From Lewinellaceae bacterium (GTDB lineage Bacteria > Bacteroidota > Bacteroidia > Chitinophagales > Saprospiraceae): 64,000 nucleotides of DNA. Positions 63,480 through 64,000 of the stretch are shown one piece after another (position 1 is the first letter of the stretch; each line of letters begins with the position of its first letter). The stretch is from positions 28,113-92,112 of the forward strand of contig JADJFA010000018.1 in assembly GCA_016708875.1 (NCBI GenBank). Direction: 5' to 3'. A program made the translations under genes and the position numbers. The notes below the pieces were generated by a model. That model saw only the letters and a program-made list of their open reading frames with translations, was not told where the DNA came from and searched no databases.

Positions 63480-64000
63480 ATGCCCGTTTTCATCAAAAAT
63501 TTTGCTGAAATATCCATTCGCGAATTACCCTTGGTGGGTGGTAAAAATGCCTCGCTTGGCGAGATGTTTTCTCAACTGACCCCTAAAGGTATATGGGTGC
63601 CCGATGGTTTTGCGCTAACCGCTGATGCCTACCGATTGTTTTTGCAAGAAAATAAGCTGTATCAGCCCCTGGAGGCCATTGTCAGAAAATTGGACAAAAC
63701 TAATTTTTCGAACCTCCATGAAATCGGCCAGCAAGCGCGGGATTTGATTCAAAACGCCCCGCTTCCTGCAAGCATTGTCGCTGAAATCAAGCAGGCCTAT
63801 CGAGACTTGCGCGAACGAGAGAATGCAGAAATTTCACTGGCTGTACGCAGCAGCGCTACGGCGGAGGATCTGCCTTCGGCAAGCTTTGCCGGACAATTGG
63901 AGAGTTTTCTCAACATCAGCGGGGAGGAAACTTTGGTGGAAACGGTACACCGCTGTTTCACTTCCTTGTTCACCAACCGCGCCATTAAATACCGGGAAGA
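63480..64000 (+). CDS. ppsA: Phosphoenolpyruvate synthase, N-terminal part. The gene continues beyond the window.
   Basis: My own translation from the ATG at 63480 gives 'MPVFIKNFAEISIRELPLVGGKNASLGEMFSQL...VPDGFALTADAYRLFL...AVRSSATAEDLPSASFAGQLESFLNISGEE...TSLFTNRAIKYRE'. The frame is open to the window end. It is not in the ORF track because no stop is reached. Confidence 0.9.
   Translation, partial: MPVFIKNFAEISIRELPLVGGKNASLGEMFSQLTPKGIWVPDGFALTADAYRLFLQENKLYQPLEAIVRKLDKTNFSNLHEIGQQARDLIQNAPLPASIVAEIKQAYRDLRERENAEISLAVRSSATAEDLPSASFAGQLESFLNISGEETLVETVHRCFTSLFTNRAIKYRE

Noticed and set aside
1-64000. Homopolymer frameshifts as programmed phase variation of adhesins.
   Set aside because: The same type of break occurs in an ABC ATPase, a peptidase, a regulator and a kinase, at short runs (2-5 nt) not typical of contingency loci. 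Consensus error is more parsimonious. The observation is retained as a finding to be checked, not as a claim.
1-64000. tRNA, rRNA, tmRNA, RNase P or riboswitches.
   Set aside because: Intergenic regions are short and mostly occupied by the palindromic repeats. I could not recognise any cloverleaf or conserved RNA motif by eye, but a covariance-model scan was not possible.

Overview
This is a 64-kb chromosomal window from a Bacteroidota genome, roughly 50% GC by eye. The phylum call rests on T9SS C-terminal sorting domains, SprB/HYR/CHU_C-type adhesins and TAnnTTTG -7 promoter boxes; a gliding Saprospiria- or Cytophagia-like organism is a guess.

Coding content:
- The 3' 11 kb of a giant surface adhesin. 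Its first ~4.5 kb is a near-perfect 474-bp (158-aa) tandem array.
- Three further large T9SS cargo proteins: a Trx-SprB-HYR adhesin, a tail-fibre/S74-like protein, and PKD and CHU_C proteins.
- Ordinary genes: methyltransferase, leuS, GT87+GT2 pair, Trx/SCO1 pair, S46 peptidase, ATE-like transferase, ogt, rpoN, 7TMR-DISM histidine kinase, Usp/CBS/REC-Crp, MgtC-DUF4010, MacAB-like efflux operon, beta-CASP MBL hydrolase, VIT1, a YtxH/holin-like cluster, cbpA and ppsA.
- I saw no rRNA, tRNA or CRISPR array.

Main non-coding signals:
- Most + strand gene ends with a real intergenic gap, especially after ~29 kb, are followed within 0-30 nt by a long near-perfect hairpin. The hairpin arms are themselves tandem 7-9-mers, for example CACGGATT, CACGAATT, CACAACG, CACATAG, CAAGTTT, ACGATTT.
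- A RAYT-like HUH (IS200-type) transposase gene abuts one of these hairpins.
- Three copies of a ~175-210-bp nested-palindromic MITE-like element are present. Two of them carry mutually inverted cores and bracket a 2-gene cassette that includes an ATP-cone/Mrr-like nuclease.

Major caveat: there are at least 20 reading-frame breaks, almost all explained by a +/-1 change in a homopolymer, and several sit in housekeeping-type genes. Consensus (sequencing) error is therefore the most economical explanation, not biology. Two junctions (rpoN/kinase and the FtsX permease) look like larger deletions. All domain calls come from motif recognition by eye; no database search was run.
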